Assembly (NCBI GenBank): GCA_951406725.2
Contig: OX597815.1
Coordinates: 100,378,001 to 100,442,000, forward strand
Length of the DNA stretch: 64,000 bases
Direction of reading: 5' to 3'
Source: Octopus vulgaris
Taxonomy: Eukaryota
How positions within the stretch are numbered: the stretch's first letter is position 1; the number at the start of each line of letters is the position of its first letter. The notes under the pieces were generated by a model, which did not search any database, was not told the DNA's origin, and saw nothing but the letters and a program-made list of their open reading frames with translations. A program made the translations under genes and the position numbers. Positions 41,318 to 54,514 of the stretch are shown here, piece after piece.

Positions 41318-43830
41318 AATGACTTAAAATTTTGCCACAAGGCTAGCAATTTCCGGGGTGACGGTAAGTTGATCACACCAACCTGTGCTCTACGGGTACT
41401 CATTTTATCAATCCTGAAAGAGATGAAAAGCAAAGTCAGCCTCAGCAGAATTTGAACTCAAAACGTAATGACAGATGAAATGCTACAAGGCATTTTGCCC
41501 AGCATGCTAACAACTCTGCCAGCTCACTGCCTTAGTAACAATAATTATCCTTTCTACTCAAGGTACAAGACCTGAAATTTTGGGAGAGGGAACTAGTCGA
41601 TTACATCAACCCCCAGTGTTACACTGGTACTTAATTGATCAACCACAGAAGCATGAAAGGCAAAGTCGACCTCAGCAGAATTTGAACCCAGAACATGAAG
41701 ACACAAAATACTGCTAAACATTTCACCTGGTGCACTTATGTTTCTGCCAGCTCACTGCTTTAATAATAATAAGAGCACTCAGAGAGTGCAAACCTCCACC
41801 AAGGCAACACCAACGTACTCTCAACGATTAGCCGGAGATGTCTTTTAAAATGAGAAGATCTGAAATAAACTCAACTACTCTCACAAATGAGAATACTAAA
41901 ACTGGACCCGACCGCTCTCAAAACGCAAGTAAAAAACAATAAGAATAATCCAGAATCCTAGTCCAGAACCAGATTGATCCCAAAATTTAATCAGTTCATA
42001 TCAGTCACGAGGACAAACATCCCAGAAAGTTTCATCTGAATCCATCCAGCACTTCGTGAAATATTTTGTCCATGGACAAAGAAACAAGTGCGACTGAAAA
42101 CAATGCCTCCACTTTCACTAACGCACAGATAATAATAATCCTTTAACAATAATAAAAATTTCAAATGACTGATATGAACTGATTAAATTTTGGGATCAAT
42201 CTGATTCTGGACTAGGATTCTGGATTATTCTTATTGTTTTTTACTTGCGTTTTGAGAGCGGTCGGGTCCAGTTTTAGTATTCTCATTTGTGAGAGTAGTT
42301 GATCTTCATGTTCTGGGTTCAAATTCTGCTGAGGTCGACTTTGCCTTTCATGCTTCTGTGGTTGATCAATTAAGTACCAGTGTAACACTGGGGTTGATGT
42401 AATCGACTAGTTCCCTCTCCCAAAATTTCAGGTCTTGAATAATTTGGCACAAGGCCAGCAAGTTCAAGGTAGGGGGTTAGTCGATTACTTATTTTATCAA
42501 GCTCTGAAGGGATGAAAGGCAAAGTTGGATACAGCAGAATTTGAACTGAGTGTAAAGTTGGACAAAATGCCACTAAGCATTTTGCCCAGCATGCTAACAA
42601 TTCAGCCAACTCACTGCCTTAATAATAACAATAATAATAATCCTTCCTACTATAAGCACAAGGCCTGAAATTTTAGGAAGAGATGGGGTGAGGCTTGTTG
42701 ATTGCAGTGACCCCAGTATTTGACTGGTACCTAATTTATTGACCCAAAAGGATAAAAGGCAAAGTCAATCTCAGCAGAATTTGAACTCAGAATGTAAAGA
42801 CAGACAAAATACCACTCAGCATTTCATCTGGTATACCAATGATTCTGCCAGCTCGCCACCTTAATAATAATCCTTTCTATTAAAGGCAAAAGGCCTGAAA
42901 TTTGGGGGAAGGAGAATAATCAATTACATCGACACCCCATATTTCATCATCATCATTTAACGTCCACTTTCCATGCTGGCAATGGCTGGACGGTTTGCCT
43001 GAAAACTGGTAAGCCAGGGATGGGGCTGCACCAGGTTCCAATTTGATTTGGCAATGTTTTTACAGCTGGATGCCCTTCCTAATGCAAACCAGAGTATAGT
43101 GGGTGTTTTTTACGTACCACTGGTATGGGTGCCAATGACCTGATACCAGCATCAGCCATGATACGGTACACAAGCACAGTATATCACCAAAGGTCTTGGT
43201 CAGCTATCACTGCCCCCATGAGGTCCAACGCTTGAATGGTGCTTTTTATGTGCCAGTCAGGCAGCCACAACTACAATTTCACTTCGTTTAACAGGTTTCC
43301 ACAAGCACAGCATATCACCCAGAGACTGAAGGGTGCTTTCAATGAGCCAGTTATGCAACACTGGCAGTCACAACTACAATCTTACTTGGCTAGATGTCAC
43401 TGGCTCCATGAGGCTCAATGTTCGAGTAGTGTTTTTACGTGCCAGTTAGATAGCACTGGCATTAGCCATGACTGACCCCAAAAGGATGAAAGGCCAAGTC
43501 AACCATGGTGCAATTTGAACTCAGAACGTAAGGACAGTTGAAATGCCGCTAAGCATTTTGTCCAGCCTGCTAATGATTTTACCAGCTTGCCACCTTAATA
43601 ATAATAATTTCTACTGTAGGCACAAAGCCTGAAATTTTAGAGGAGAGGAATAGTTAATTACATCAACCCTAGTACTCAACTGGTACTTACACCATCAACC
43701 CCGAAAGAATGAAAGGTAAAGTGAACCCCAGTAGTATTTGAACTCAGAACGTTTATAGATGGACAAAATGCTGAGCAGCATTTTGTCTGGTGTGCTAACG
43801 ATTCTGTCAGCTCACTGTTTTAATAATAAT
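41318..43830 (-). repeat. Head-to-tail array of ~6 SINE-A units with nested insertions
   Basis: Units at ~41318-41533, 41548-41762, 42440-42620, 42640-42863, 42870-43596 (split by an RTE 3' fragment at ~42945-43470) and 43608-43822, joined by (TAA)n. Confidence 0.8.
41770..42135 (-). mobile_element. HINE/DINE-like element, copy 2
   Basis: Reverse complement of copy 1, with terminal palindrome gcactcagagagtgc, inserted in an (AAT)n tract. Confidence 0.65.
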
Positions 43831-44689
43831 CATAATAAACTTGTTATATGTGCTACTGTGTGGGCTGTCTTTATGTGGTGTATCAATAATTGAACCTCCT
43901 CAAACTAAACTCAGTTCCCAATAAGCATGTCATCTTTAGATTGCTGTTCCCATCCTAAAGACCATTTCATTGCACTATCTCTGGTTAAAGATAAATAACA
44001 TTTTTATAGCATTTGAAAAAGTTTTGCTGGAGGTTGAAATTCAATGGAAAGTTTAGACCTAAGTTCTCAGCAGCATGGATATAAAGAACTAACTTCTAAT
44101 TATTGGAATTGTTAGTTCAAAATACAAACAATTGCAGAGAAATTGAAATGTATCCTCTTCCTGTAACCACCAACACAGCTGGCATAGATATACTGCAGTA
44201 CAGTAAATGTTGTTTGGCTGATCTTAGCCCTACACTCTGGTTTCAAATGCATAAAAATATTCAGAAACCCTTTTAACAGTCCTAGAAAAAATATTTAAGT
44301 CAGTGTTTTACATGTCACATCAACTTGAACCTTTCCCAAACCAACAAAAAGTAGTGCCAGTTGCAGAGTATTACTTAAGACTTGTCAGATGTACATTCCT
44401 TGAAAAATCTTGGCAATCTTTTTTAAGATGTGAATTCAGCTCTGCAAGTTGACTAACGTTTCTTTATTCAGCAAGCTTAGGCTGATATCTATTAAAATGT
44501 TAACCTGTCATAACTATCAACTAATGTCAAAACCTTAACCATGGATTTAGTTAACTTACTGGTTGGTTTCCAAAAATGAAGCATGTTCCATCTACTTAAA
44601 AACAACAGAATCCTGGTCTTACAATACTTTTGTGACTTAGAATACCAGTACAACTTCATAGCTACTAGGACCAATTATCTTAGAAGGAA

Positions 44690-44864
44690 GGGATTCAGTC
44701 AATTACATGGACCCCAGTGCAAAACTGGTATTTTATTTATCGACCCCGAAAGGATGAAAGGCAAAGTCGACCTCGGCGGAATTTGAACTCAGAACGTAGC
44801 GACAGACGAAATACCGCTAAGCATTTCGCCCGGCGCGCTAACGTGTCTGCCAGCTCGCCGCCTT
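44690..44864 (-). mobile_element. Young SINE-A copy
   Basis: CpG-intact copy ending ...gccagctcgccgcctt. Confidence 0.85.
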
Positions 44865-45419
44865 ATATATATATACACACACACACACACTGATATATAC
44901 ATATACACGTGCATGCACGCACGCTTATATAAAAGTGAAAATAAATAAGACAAATGCACATATGACACATATAGTTCACCAATCAAAGATAGCTAAACAC
45001 GGATCGGTCTCAAGGAAGTAGGATTTCAAATGAAATGCACTCAGGATCACCTGTTCTAGAATTGATACTGTATCACAATCTGTGATAGCTTTCTTCATTT
45101 TCAGATAGGATTACAGTCCTGGTCATCAACATTTCAACATTTTCCTAGAAAGGTAACCTGAGAGGGACTAGCATCGCAACCGGGTGTAATGTAATCTCAC
45201 CTCACTCTCACTGTCATTTTCATTTGTTGCCGGTATCAGGAAGAAGGTGGACAATTTGATAGGTCAAAATAGCCGGATTTGTAGCATTGCATGCTGCCAG
45301 GTACAAGGTGGACTTGTGCAGTTCAACCTCCAATTCATATTTGTTGTTAGGTCCCAGATCCCTGCTATGATAAAAAGAGGGCTCCAGCTGTTGATTTCCC
45401 AGTACAGGTAACTCAGAAC

Positions 45420-45675
45420 AGCATGATTTGATGTGTAGAGGGAGATTTGGCTGCTATTTCTACCAGTTCTAGCTATTATATAAAGGTCTCCTAATTGATT
45501 CATACACACACACATACATACATAAGACAGTAGTGTGATTCGAGGGAGATTTGGCTACTGTTTCTACTAGATCTATTTACCATGTAGAGGTCTACCTCAC
45601 TGGTTCATACGTATATACACACATAAGACAGAAGGGAGTGATTTGAGGGAGATTTGGCTGCTATTTCTACCATAG
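45420..45675. repeat. Three ~103-bp tandem units of an old dispersed repeat
   Basis: gagggagatttggctgctatttcta recurs at ~45438, 45542 and 45645; dispersed relatives at ~1815, 16940 and 62243. Confidence 0.7.
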
Positions 45676-45701
45676 CTATATATATATATATATATATATA
45701 T

Positions 45702-47446
45702 CCCCAATCTCTTATCTGGTGGTCGATGCGGAAACTGTTGATTGACGAATGGCTAATAAGGGCTGTACAGGCTCTATACAGAGAGGCTGTCAGCAAGGTT
45801 AGGATTGGCAACAAATATAGTGAAGAATTCCGGGTAGAAGTAGGTGTACACCAGGGCTCAGCCCCCTTTTATTCATCACAGTCCTCCAGGCAATAACAGA
45901 GGAATTCAAAACAGGTTGACCCTGGGAGCTCCTCTATGCTGATCACTACCGGAACTAAAAAAGAAATTTCGGGTGTGGAAACAAGGGTTAGAATCTAAGG
46001 GCCTTAGAGTAAATGTAGCGAAGACCAAAGTTATAGCATGCAGAAAGGCGAACTCAGCACACACCCCATCGGGCAGGTGGCCCTGCTCGAGCTGTAGGAA
46101 AGGTGTAGGTAGAAACTCCATAAGATGCACCCAGTGTAAGCTATGGATGCATAAGAGGTGCAGCAACATCAAAGGGAAATTAACTGATAAGATAGCTTTC
46201 GTGTGCAGCAGATGCACAGGGACAATAGACACCACAGACACTCAGAAAACAGATTCCATCACACTCCTGGGGGAGAAACTAGAAGTAGTTGATAGTTTCT
46301 GCTACCTGGGTGACCAAGTTAGTAGTGGGGGGTGGATGCTCAGAGAGTGTCACCACTAGAACACGAATAGCCTGGGCAAAGTTTAGAAAGCTCCTACCCC
46401 TACTGGCGACAAAGGGTCTCTCACTCAGAGTGAAAGGTAGATTGTATGATGCATGTGTGCGAACTGCCATGCTTCACGGCAGTGAAACACAGGCCGTGAC
46501 TGCAGAGGACATGCGTAGACTTGAAAGAAATGACGCCAGCATGATCCGCTGGATGTGTAATGTCAGTGTGAATGCACGACAGAGTGTAAGCACCCTGAGA
46601 GAAATGCTAGGCATAAGAAGCATCAGATGCGGTGTGCAAGAGCGACGCTTGCGATGGTATGGTCATGTACTGCGGATGGATGAGGAGAGATGTGTGAAGA
46701 AGTGCCACTCTCGAACAGTTGAAGGAATCAGGGGGAGAGGTAGACCCACGAAGACATGGGATAAGGTAGTCAAGCATGACCTCAGAGCGTTGGGCCTCAC
46801 TGAGGCAATGGCGAAGGACCGAGATCTCTGGAGATGTGCTGTGACTACGAAGACCCGGGATGCTTCCGGCACCAGCCCCCTGCCCATTCAAAGTACCTTG
46901 GATCCCGGAACATCTCGCTGTGCTTGAGGAGACCTGTTGAGTCAAGTGCATGTACATCGAACCAAATATCAATGGAAACAGTAGTTGTGATACCTGTGCC
47001 GGTGACACATAAAAAGCAACATCCGAACGTGGCCGTTGCCAGTGCAGCCTTGACTGGCTTCTGTGCCGGTGGCACATAAAAAGCACCAACCGATTGTGGC
47101 CGATGCCAGCACCGCCTCGACTGGCTTCTGTGCCGGTGGCACATAAAAAGCACCATCCGAACGTGACCGCTGCCAACCCCGCCTCGAATGGCTTCTGTGC
47201 TGGTGGCACATAAAAAGCACCAACCGATCATGGCCGATGCCAGACTCCTCTGGCACCTGTGCAGGTGGCACGTAAAAAGCACCCACTACACTCGCAGAGT
47301 GGTTGGCGTTAGGAAGGGCATCCAGCTGTAGAAACACTGCCAGATCAGACTGGAGCCTGGAGCAGCCCCTGGCTCCCCAGACCCCAGTCGAACCGTCCAA
47401 CCCGTGCAAGCGCGGAAAACGGACGTTAAACAATGATGATGATGAT
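45702..47446 (+). mobile_element. RTE-clade LINE, second subfamily, 5'-truncated
   Basis: Colinear with the 34691-37499 copy from SLIWWSMRKL onward; YADD region damaged by a deletion; (GAT)n tail. Confidence 0.92.
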
Positions 47447-47912
47447 ATGAAATTTTAATTTATAAAAATAAAAAAAAACAAAAATTTGAATGTAATATTA
47501 GAGTTATGTTCCTGCAAATAATAGCAGCCAAATCTTGCTTCAAATCAAATACTTAAAAGGCAAATGAGCCACGCAGTCCCAATATACACAAAAGGATGGG
47601 ATTGTCATCATTGGAACATCTTTCTGGGTTTGCTGGGTTAGTGTCAACCTGGAGCTAAGCAGATACTGCTAATTGTTGAAATTAGTAAATTAAAAAAATC
47701 CAGTTGGCAATACAACTGGAATTCCCCATGCAGAATGGGTCAATGTACTTTAGAAAGGGATTCCCATCACAATTTCATATCCTTGTAACTAACTTTGATT
47801 TTTTTAACTCATTTAGATTTTAGCATTCCTTTATGTCTTTCACATTTCACAAAGAAAAAAAAAATCCAAAAGCTAATTAGAACAAAATTAGCAACAAGAT
47901 AATTAGAACAAC

Positions 47913-47918
47913 TTTATT
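47913..47918 (-). terminator. Candidate VDAC polyadenylation signal AATAAA
   Basis: About 1.23 kb after the stop codon, followed on - by a U/GU-rich tract. Confidence 0.5.
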
Positions 47919-49146
47919 CAAATGTGTTGCAGGTTTCGAAAAAATGGAGGGATAAAAAAACAAAAATAATCAAGTCAGTACATTTATCAAACAAAACATT
48001 TAAATAACTCCCTCCAAATAATAAGTATTTCAGATTAAGAAAAATTGTATTATCTCTAACTGGAAGTAGTGAATCTCAGTTGTAATTACCAAACAATTTT
48101 TCTCATTCTTTTCATCCAAACCCTCGAAAATGTTATCCCATTTAAAAATCTATACATCTTGTTGCAGAAACATTTGACAAACTGCTCAATTATTTCAATC
48201 TTACACCCACTAAGCTACATAATTTCCTTTATTATTGATTTAATAATCCAAATAAAAGCTATGGATATATTTATACATTCAATAATCAATGGGGAAAAAA
48301 AATCATTGAGGAAGGTGTATTACACAAAACTCTTTAATCAATGCAAATATTTTAATATACTAATTCATTTGTATTCATTGAAACACAAGTTCGCCTTTTG
48401 CTTTAAGAAATATACATAGAGCTTGCCATAATAGTTTAGACACATTTCAGCCCATTCACAGCTATGTATATATTCTGATGTTCTGTTGTAACAAACAGAT
48501 GCTTTACACGTTAGGGTTGGGGTGAGGCAAATGTCTTAGGTCTTAATGTAAATTAGGGCATAATGCAAAATTAAGGTTTACCATTATGGCTTCTAAAGGA
48601 ACAGGGAAAAAACATCTCCAAGTAATAAAATGCATATACACACACACACACACACAATTTCTAGCCCCAACAGCAAAATAATTCCCAGAAAATTTAGAAA
48701 ATTCCCAACCCAATTTCACCATAAAAAAAAAAAAAAAAAAAAAAAAAAAGGTGAATATTTTAGTAAATGAATTAGAAAAACCAAATTCAATGGATAAACT
48801 GAATCGTTTATTGGAGGCCAAGTTTCAGATTACAAAGAAATAACATTAGTAAGCAATGTCTACTATTTTTAACCCTTGTACATCTATGTTGTTGCTGTTT
48901 GCTAATGAGTTATATCAACAGCAAAAATAGCTGTAGGATTAGGAGGAAAAAAAACTTTCATTGACAATCTGTAGGAAAGAGCCCAATTCAAAGTGGGATC
49001 AATCCCTATCGAAGAAAAAAAAAAAAAAACTTCTGTTAATCCTTTTTCCTTTGTGAAGAGATGATACAGCAGGTCAGAGGAAAAGACCCATGCTCTCCAC
49101 CTTAACATGCACATAGAAACACCGAACTATCATTACAAAATTGGTC

Positions 49147-49238
49147 TTATGCAGATAACTCAAGTCCCAAACCAAGCTTGTGTCCACCAGCATTGAAATT
49201 TTTGCCTTCCACCAGAGTAGACAAAGTCATTACAACAC
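49147..49238 (-). CDS. VDAC: VDAC/porin coding exon 8 (last)
   Basis: ttttag|GT... [33 protein letters not shown]; 92 nt. Confidence 0.96.
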
Positions 49239-51320
49239 CTAAAACAAATAGAAATATTAGAATTTTAGAAACGTATTTAAATGACATACATGTCAAAACT
49301 TTTAATATACTTCAATTTACTTATCTGAGATCCCTTTTAGTATGTTTCTATTCTAGCAATAAACTGTTTACAATGAAGCAAGTCAGTCACTACTAATTGC
49401 TAATTCCTTTCCAAGGTTTTCCACATACATGTTCCTTTCTAACATCAATGCTAATATTTTATCGCTCAATAACCAACACACTTGATACCCAGTCCCTTTA
49501 AAAACAATCCTCTTAAGGTAACAATAAATCTAGTAGTGAATTGTGAGACAAGAAGAACATGAGAAGGAGGCAAGAAACATGTCCTACTTGCATTAGATAA
49601 ATTCTATTTAAGTAAATTAATTACTAAGTTCAACTGTGCCATCTAGACAAGTGATAATATCCAAAATGGTTGTTGATATCATAAAATCAAGACATACAGA
49701 AATAATTATCACTATATTTGAACTGGCTACACAATACCAGTTTTTCCAACTGATCTCTAGAAAGCATTCCATAGCATCCACTGCCCATTCATACCACCAC
49801 AGTAGATTTCACACATCTCCATAACCACTCAGCTCACTTGTGACCAACATTTTGGGCCAAGTTAACACTTCACAGCCATAATTCTCTCCAACTATTATAG
49901 GACTTTTACATTCAATATCCATATCTCACTAACATACAGCAGCATCATGTAGGACATGCCTTTAGCATAAAGACATGTCTGATGCTATTAGTTCTCTGAA
50001 CTTTCACTACACTTTGGCTTACTTTAGCTACTATACACCTTTTCCAATGTTACTTGCTTAGCTCAAGATCAAAAGGCAACCATTATTTTATTGGTAACAA
50101 ACCTAGAATTACATTATATCCAATATCTTTACTCTTTTTAGACAGTAGATAACAAGGGAGTGATTAGGCTGCCATTTGCAGTATATTGACCAGTCCCCTT
50201 TACTAAGAATTATAAACTATCATTCACATCAATTAAGTTGTGAGTAGTTCATTTTACCCTGTAACATGTAATTCTTCTCTAGACTTGCTGGCAAACCTGA
50301 CAAAGTATACCTATATGACACCAACAGTTCTGATAACCTATTAATCTACAGTTTCCTTAGCATCCACTCAGCTTTGCATTTGTCAACTTGTACAGTACTT
50401 TGCTCTATTACTGAGTTTCACTGTTGGTAGAACATCTCATTTTCCCCCTAATTGTATAACATCTGTGACTATAACCTAAACTGAATCTTATCCCAAGTTT
50501 ACAACAACTACTTTCAACATATGGTCATTAGTCTAAAGATTCTGTAAATGTCTTTTCAGTGAATAGCCTTCGCAGTATTTATTGGTTATATTTATGGAAG
50601 TCATTGGGATAGCACTTCCCTGCAATACCCTAACTTCAAACCAACAAAGGAATCTCTGATAGTCCCTCAACTGCTAAAAAGAGCAGCCAAATCATCTTCA
50701 AACCACATCCTATCATCTTCAACACTAATGCATGACCTCATTATTCAATGTGTCCTTTTCTAAGTGATTGGGTATTTGTCACAATTAGCATTATTACCGT
50801 TCTGTTTGATTGGGGTTAACCCAGAGCTAATCAACAGCAATCTCATTCAGTAGATTAGTATAGCACCTACATAGCTTTATGCTTTCAATATCTAACTTTG
50901 ACGAACTTGCTTAAATAGGCAGAGAGCACCCACAATAGCTGATCTGTTGGTGTCACTTGGGATACATTATCACAAGCCCACTCATATTCCAACTGATTCA
51001 ATCACTAAGGACAAATGACACCAAGAAAATTCATTTCTTTTTTTTTTAACAATTGCACCACTTTGTATAAGAACGCTTTTAAAATCAAAGGTAACTAAAT
51101 TATTCTTGTATGCAGGATAAACTATACAAAAAAAAAAAGATATGAAACAACTTTAGATGACAAAATCTATGAAAGAATTGCTGACATGAGAAAAATATCA
51201 AACAAAGATTTGAACAACATTTGTAAATGTTCAATCTTTACACTGATATAGTGTTCATATTTTAGATCATTTCCAGCTTTATGCAATATAATCACAGCTA
51301 TGAAAAAAAATATATCTTAC

Positions 51321-51378
51321 CATCTCTCAACTTTTGAGAATAACCCAGTCCAAGTTGACTAGAATTGTTAATTTTAGC
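51321..51378 (-). CDS. VDAC: VDAC coding exon 7
   Basis: AKINNSSQLGLGYSQKLRD; 58 nt; ag/gtaag boundaries. Confidence 0.96.
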
Positions 51379-51894
51379 CTGCATTAAAATAAAATATACA
51401 CAATTAAATAGCTGAAAATATAAATTGATTCATTCTAAAATGATTGTTCATGCTTAAATGATATGATAATCCATATCATCTAAACAAAGAGCACTATTTA
51501 AACAAGAAAAAAAATCCAACCAGAAAAATGAAAAAATACATAAAACATAAAATTACTCTTGTTTCTTAATAATTATGTAGTTAAAATTGTGCTATGTTGA
51601 AACAAAACTTTTACTATCCTTTCATACATGAAAAATTCATCAAATTGTTAAAGATATACAAAATGCTTTTTAAACAGCTTTTTTGTTATTCTTTTAAGTA
51701 TAAAGGTAAATTTTTAGCTGTTAAAAAACCAGTCTAATAACATAAAAGGAAAATGCAGGAGATAACTGAAGACCTTCCAAAAAACTAATGCTTAAAATAA
51801 AAGATACTTTTCTTTTTAATCATGCTCATCAACTCTTCACGAGTAATCTATATCATTTTGTTTAGATTACAAAAATCTACTTTTCTAATGTGTG

Positions 51895-52090
51895 TACAAG
51901 AGTGCTGAAAGGGTACTGCATAAGGCTTCATTGGAGGATCAACCTTCCAAGTTCTTTTACAGGGCTTAGAAAAACAAAGGCTGTTGCAATAATTGTGTGA
52001 TTCTGAGGGGAATATGTTGAACAAAATCATAATTGATCCTCCTGTATTTTCTTTTACCCAAAGCCAGGAACTTTTCAGTACCCGCTCATA
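51895..52090. mobile_element. Degraded mariner MITE
   Basis: tacaagagtgctgaa ... ttcagtacccgctcata, TIR-like ends. Confidence 0.45.
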
Positions 52091-52580
52091 CACACACTAT
52101 ATAAGCAACTCAATTCATGTATATCACCCGAAAAGTGAAAATGGAGAAAATACTGCTAGTTTAATATTAGAAAAATAGGCCTTGAACAAGACAAATATCT
52201 AGTTCATCAGTTTAATATGTGCACTAACTCAACTTTCCTTGTAATAGGACACACAACTTATCCCTTTTCCAGTCATGTTGATAAGACAATATCTTTAATA
52301 CATTCTTAAATCAGATATTACTGAATTAAGTTTGTTGCTTATAAACCCTAAATCACTGGAAATTCATTGTTCAATATGATCATCTTTGAACAGTTTGAAA
52401 GTTCATGTTCACTTAAAATCCACTAAATTCATAAATTTTCCTCCAGGGCTATTATAGAAAACTGAAGAAAAATACTTAACTAAACAAGTATACAAACAAT
52501 GATAAACAAAGAAATAGTCCTAACCACACACATGAAGGATTTTTTGTGTTTTTTTTAACGAAAAACAGAAATATACTTAC

Positions 52581-52731
52581 AGAGACTGAAGTATCACTAT
52601 CCAAGATGTATTTACCACCTAAACCAAACCTAGTGACATTGCTATTGGATGTCCAAGACAAGTTAACACCAATGTCAAGTTTAGGGTTCACATGCTGATA
52701 AATAGAACCGCAAAATTCTGTTCCATCATTT
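52581..52731 (-). CDS. VDAC: VDAC coding exon 6
   Basis: NDGTEFCGSIYQHVNPKLDIGVNLSWTSNSNVTRFGLGGKYILDSDTSVS; 151 nt. Confidence 0.96.
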
Positions 52732-54397
52732 CTGTAGAAAGAAACAATTACATAGGTATAGAAATTAATCATTATGGCACATCTCTAAAATATTTTCAAG
52801 ATAACTCAGTAGCAATGAATATAGAAAACTGCCTTATTTTTATTTAAATTTAATCAATTATATTGTCAACATTTGATAGTTGCATTTGTTTGGATTTAGG
52901 TAGAGTTATAAGACATATACATTGCAATTTTCACTTATTTTGTAATAATCTTTTCTCTGTAGGCATAAGGCCTGAAAATTTGGGGGAGGAATAGTCGATT
53001 AGATTGGCCCCCAGTGCGTAACTGGTACTTATTTCATTGAGCCCGAAAGGATGAAAGTCAAAGTCGACCTCAGAACGCAACAGCAGATGAAATACTGCTA
53101 AGCATTTCGCCTGGCATGCTAACGATTCTGCCAGCTCACCGCCTTATTCATTTTGTAATAATGATACCTAATCTCATAGTGGTCTGCCTTCAGACAGGTG
53201 TAGTGCTTGTTAACCTTCTCTAACACTCTCTATACGACCTGGGAGAACACATACACTCCCTTGCCACCATTAAGTAGACTACTGGAACTACTGCCATCCA
53301 TGACTAGATATGAGATAAATACTAGAATAGTTTTCCATTGCCTTCTCCAAGAAGGCAGAATTTGAACTCAATGTTGAGAGCAAAAGAATTTCTGCCAACA
53401 TACAATTCTGGCACTCTCCCACCCACCACAACAATGTGAAATGAAGTGTTTTGCTGAAGAACACAACACACAATACTGAAACAATTGCAATTCAATGAAG
53501 AATACTGTCCAACTATTTCATATTAAAAGACATGCTATCTCCATTTATTATGATGAAATCAGAAGCTGTAATAATGATCAATATAATTTGGAAATTTATT
53601 CATGGGCTATCTGTTCAAAATATAGTACTTACAAGAGATATAGCCAAATTTACCACATTTTAAACTCATCTAAACTCAGTCTTTTGCATAAAAGTACTTT
53701 TTAGCAGAATTTATAAAGACTGCAATTATAAAAAAAAATTTTTTAAAAACACTAAACAACAAAATACACTGCCACCACTTTATGTACAGAAAAGACCAAG
53801 TGACATTTTTCTTATAAAGGGTATAAAAGAGTTTAACAAAAAAAAAAATTAAGATTTCCAAGGTTTTTTTTTTTTTCTTCTTTAAGATTTAAATCCTATA
53901 AGATAAATATATAGTATCTTAATATGTTGTTGTAGAAGCATATGGATCAGTACAGCACTATAAAAATGGGTAGAAAAATATTTCTTTATTTTCCATAAAA
54001 TTATAAACTAAAAATACCAAGTTTCCTCTTTTGAAGATGACAACCACCATACTGGCTCAGTGTTAATCTTTGAAGCCCTAAGACTTCTTTCACAATTGTT
54101 ATGAATTCTCAGAATCCAAGTTTAGGAGATTAAGCCTGCAATACTAAAACAGAAATCCATTGTAGGTTACAAGATCTAGTCATGTGGCCTCTTTTAACTC
54201 AATATCCCAGAAACACTCAACATGCATTTCCTTTACATGTTCATGCAACACTTTCTCAGCTCACTTGTTGATTAACACTGCGTATCCAACATACAACATT
54301 CACTTTAATTCTATAAAACCACTGCAAATTTGTCTCATCTTGTTTTGCAATCTTACAACACCCTACTTACATAAGGGACACAAAAGATAAAACTTAC

Positions 54398-54514
54398 ACA
54401 TTCGTATGCAGAGTGAAGTCACCAGCAGAATATCCAACTGCAAAATTACTACGGGAAAGCTTGGACTTAGATGTATCAAAAGACATCTGATAACCAGCTA
54501 ACCATCCCATGTAT
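54398..54514 (-). CDS. VDAC: VDAC coding exon 5
   Basis: [38 protein letters not shown]; 117 nt. Confidence 0.96.
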
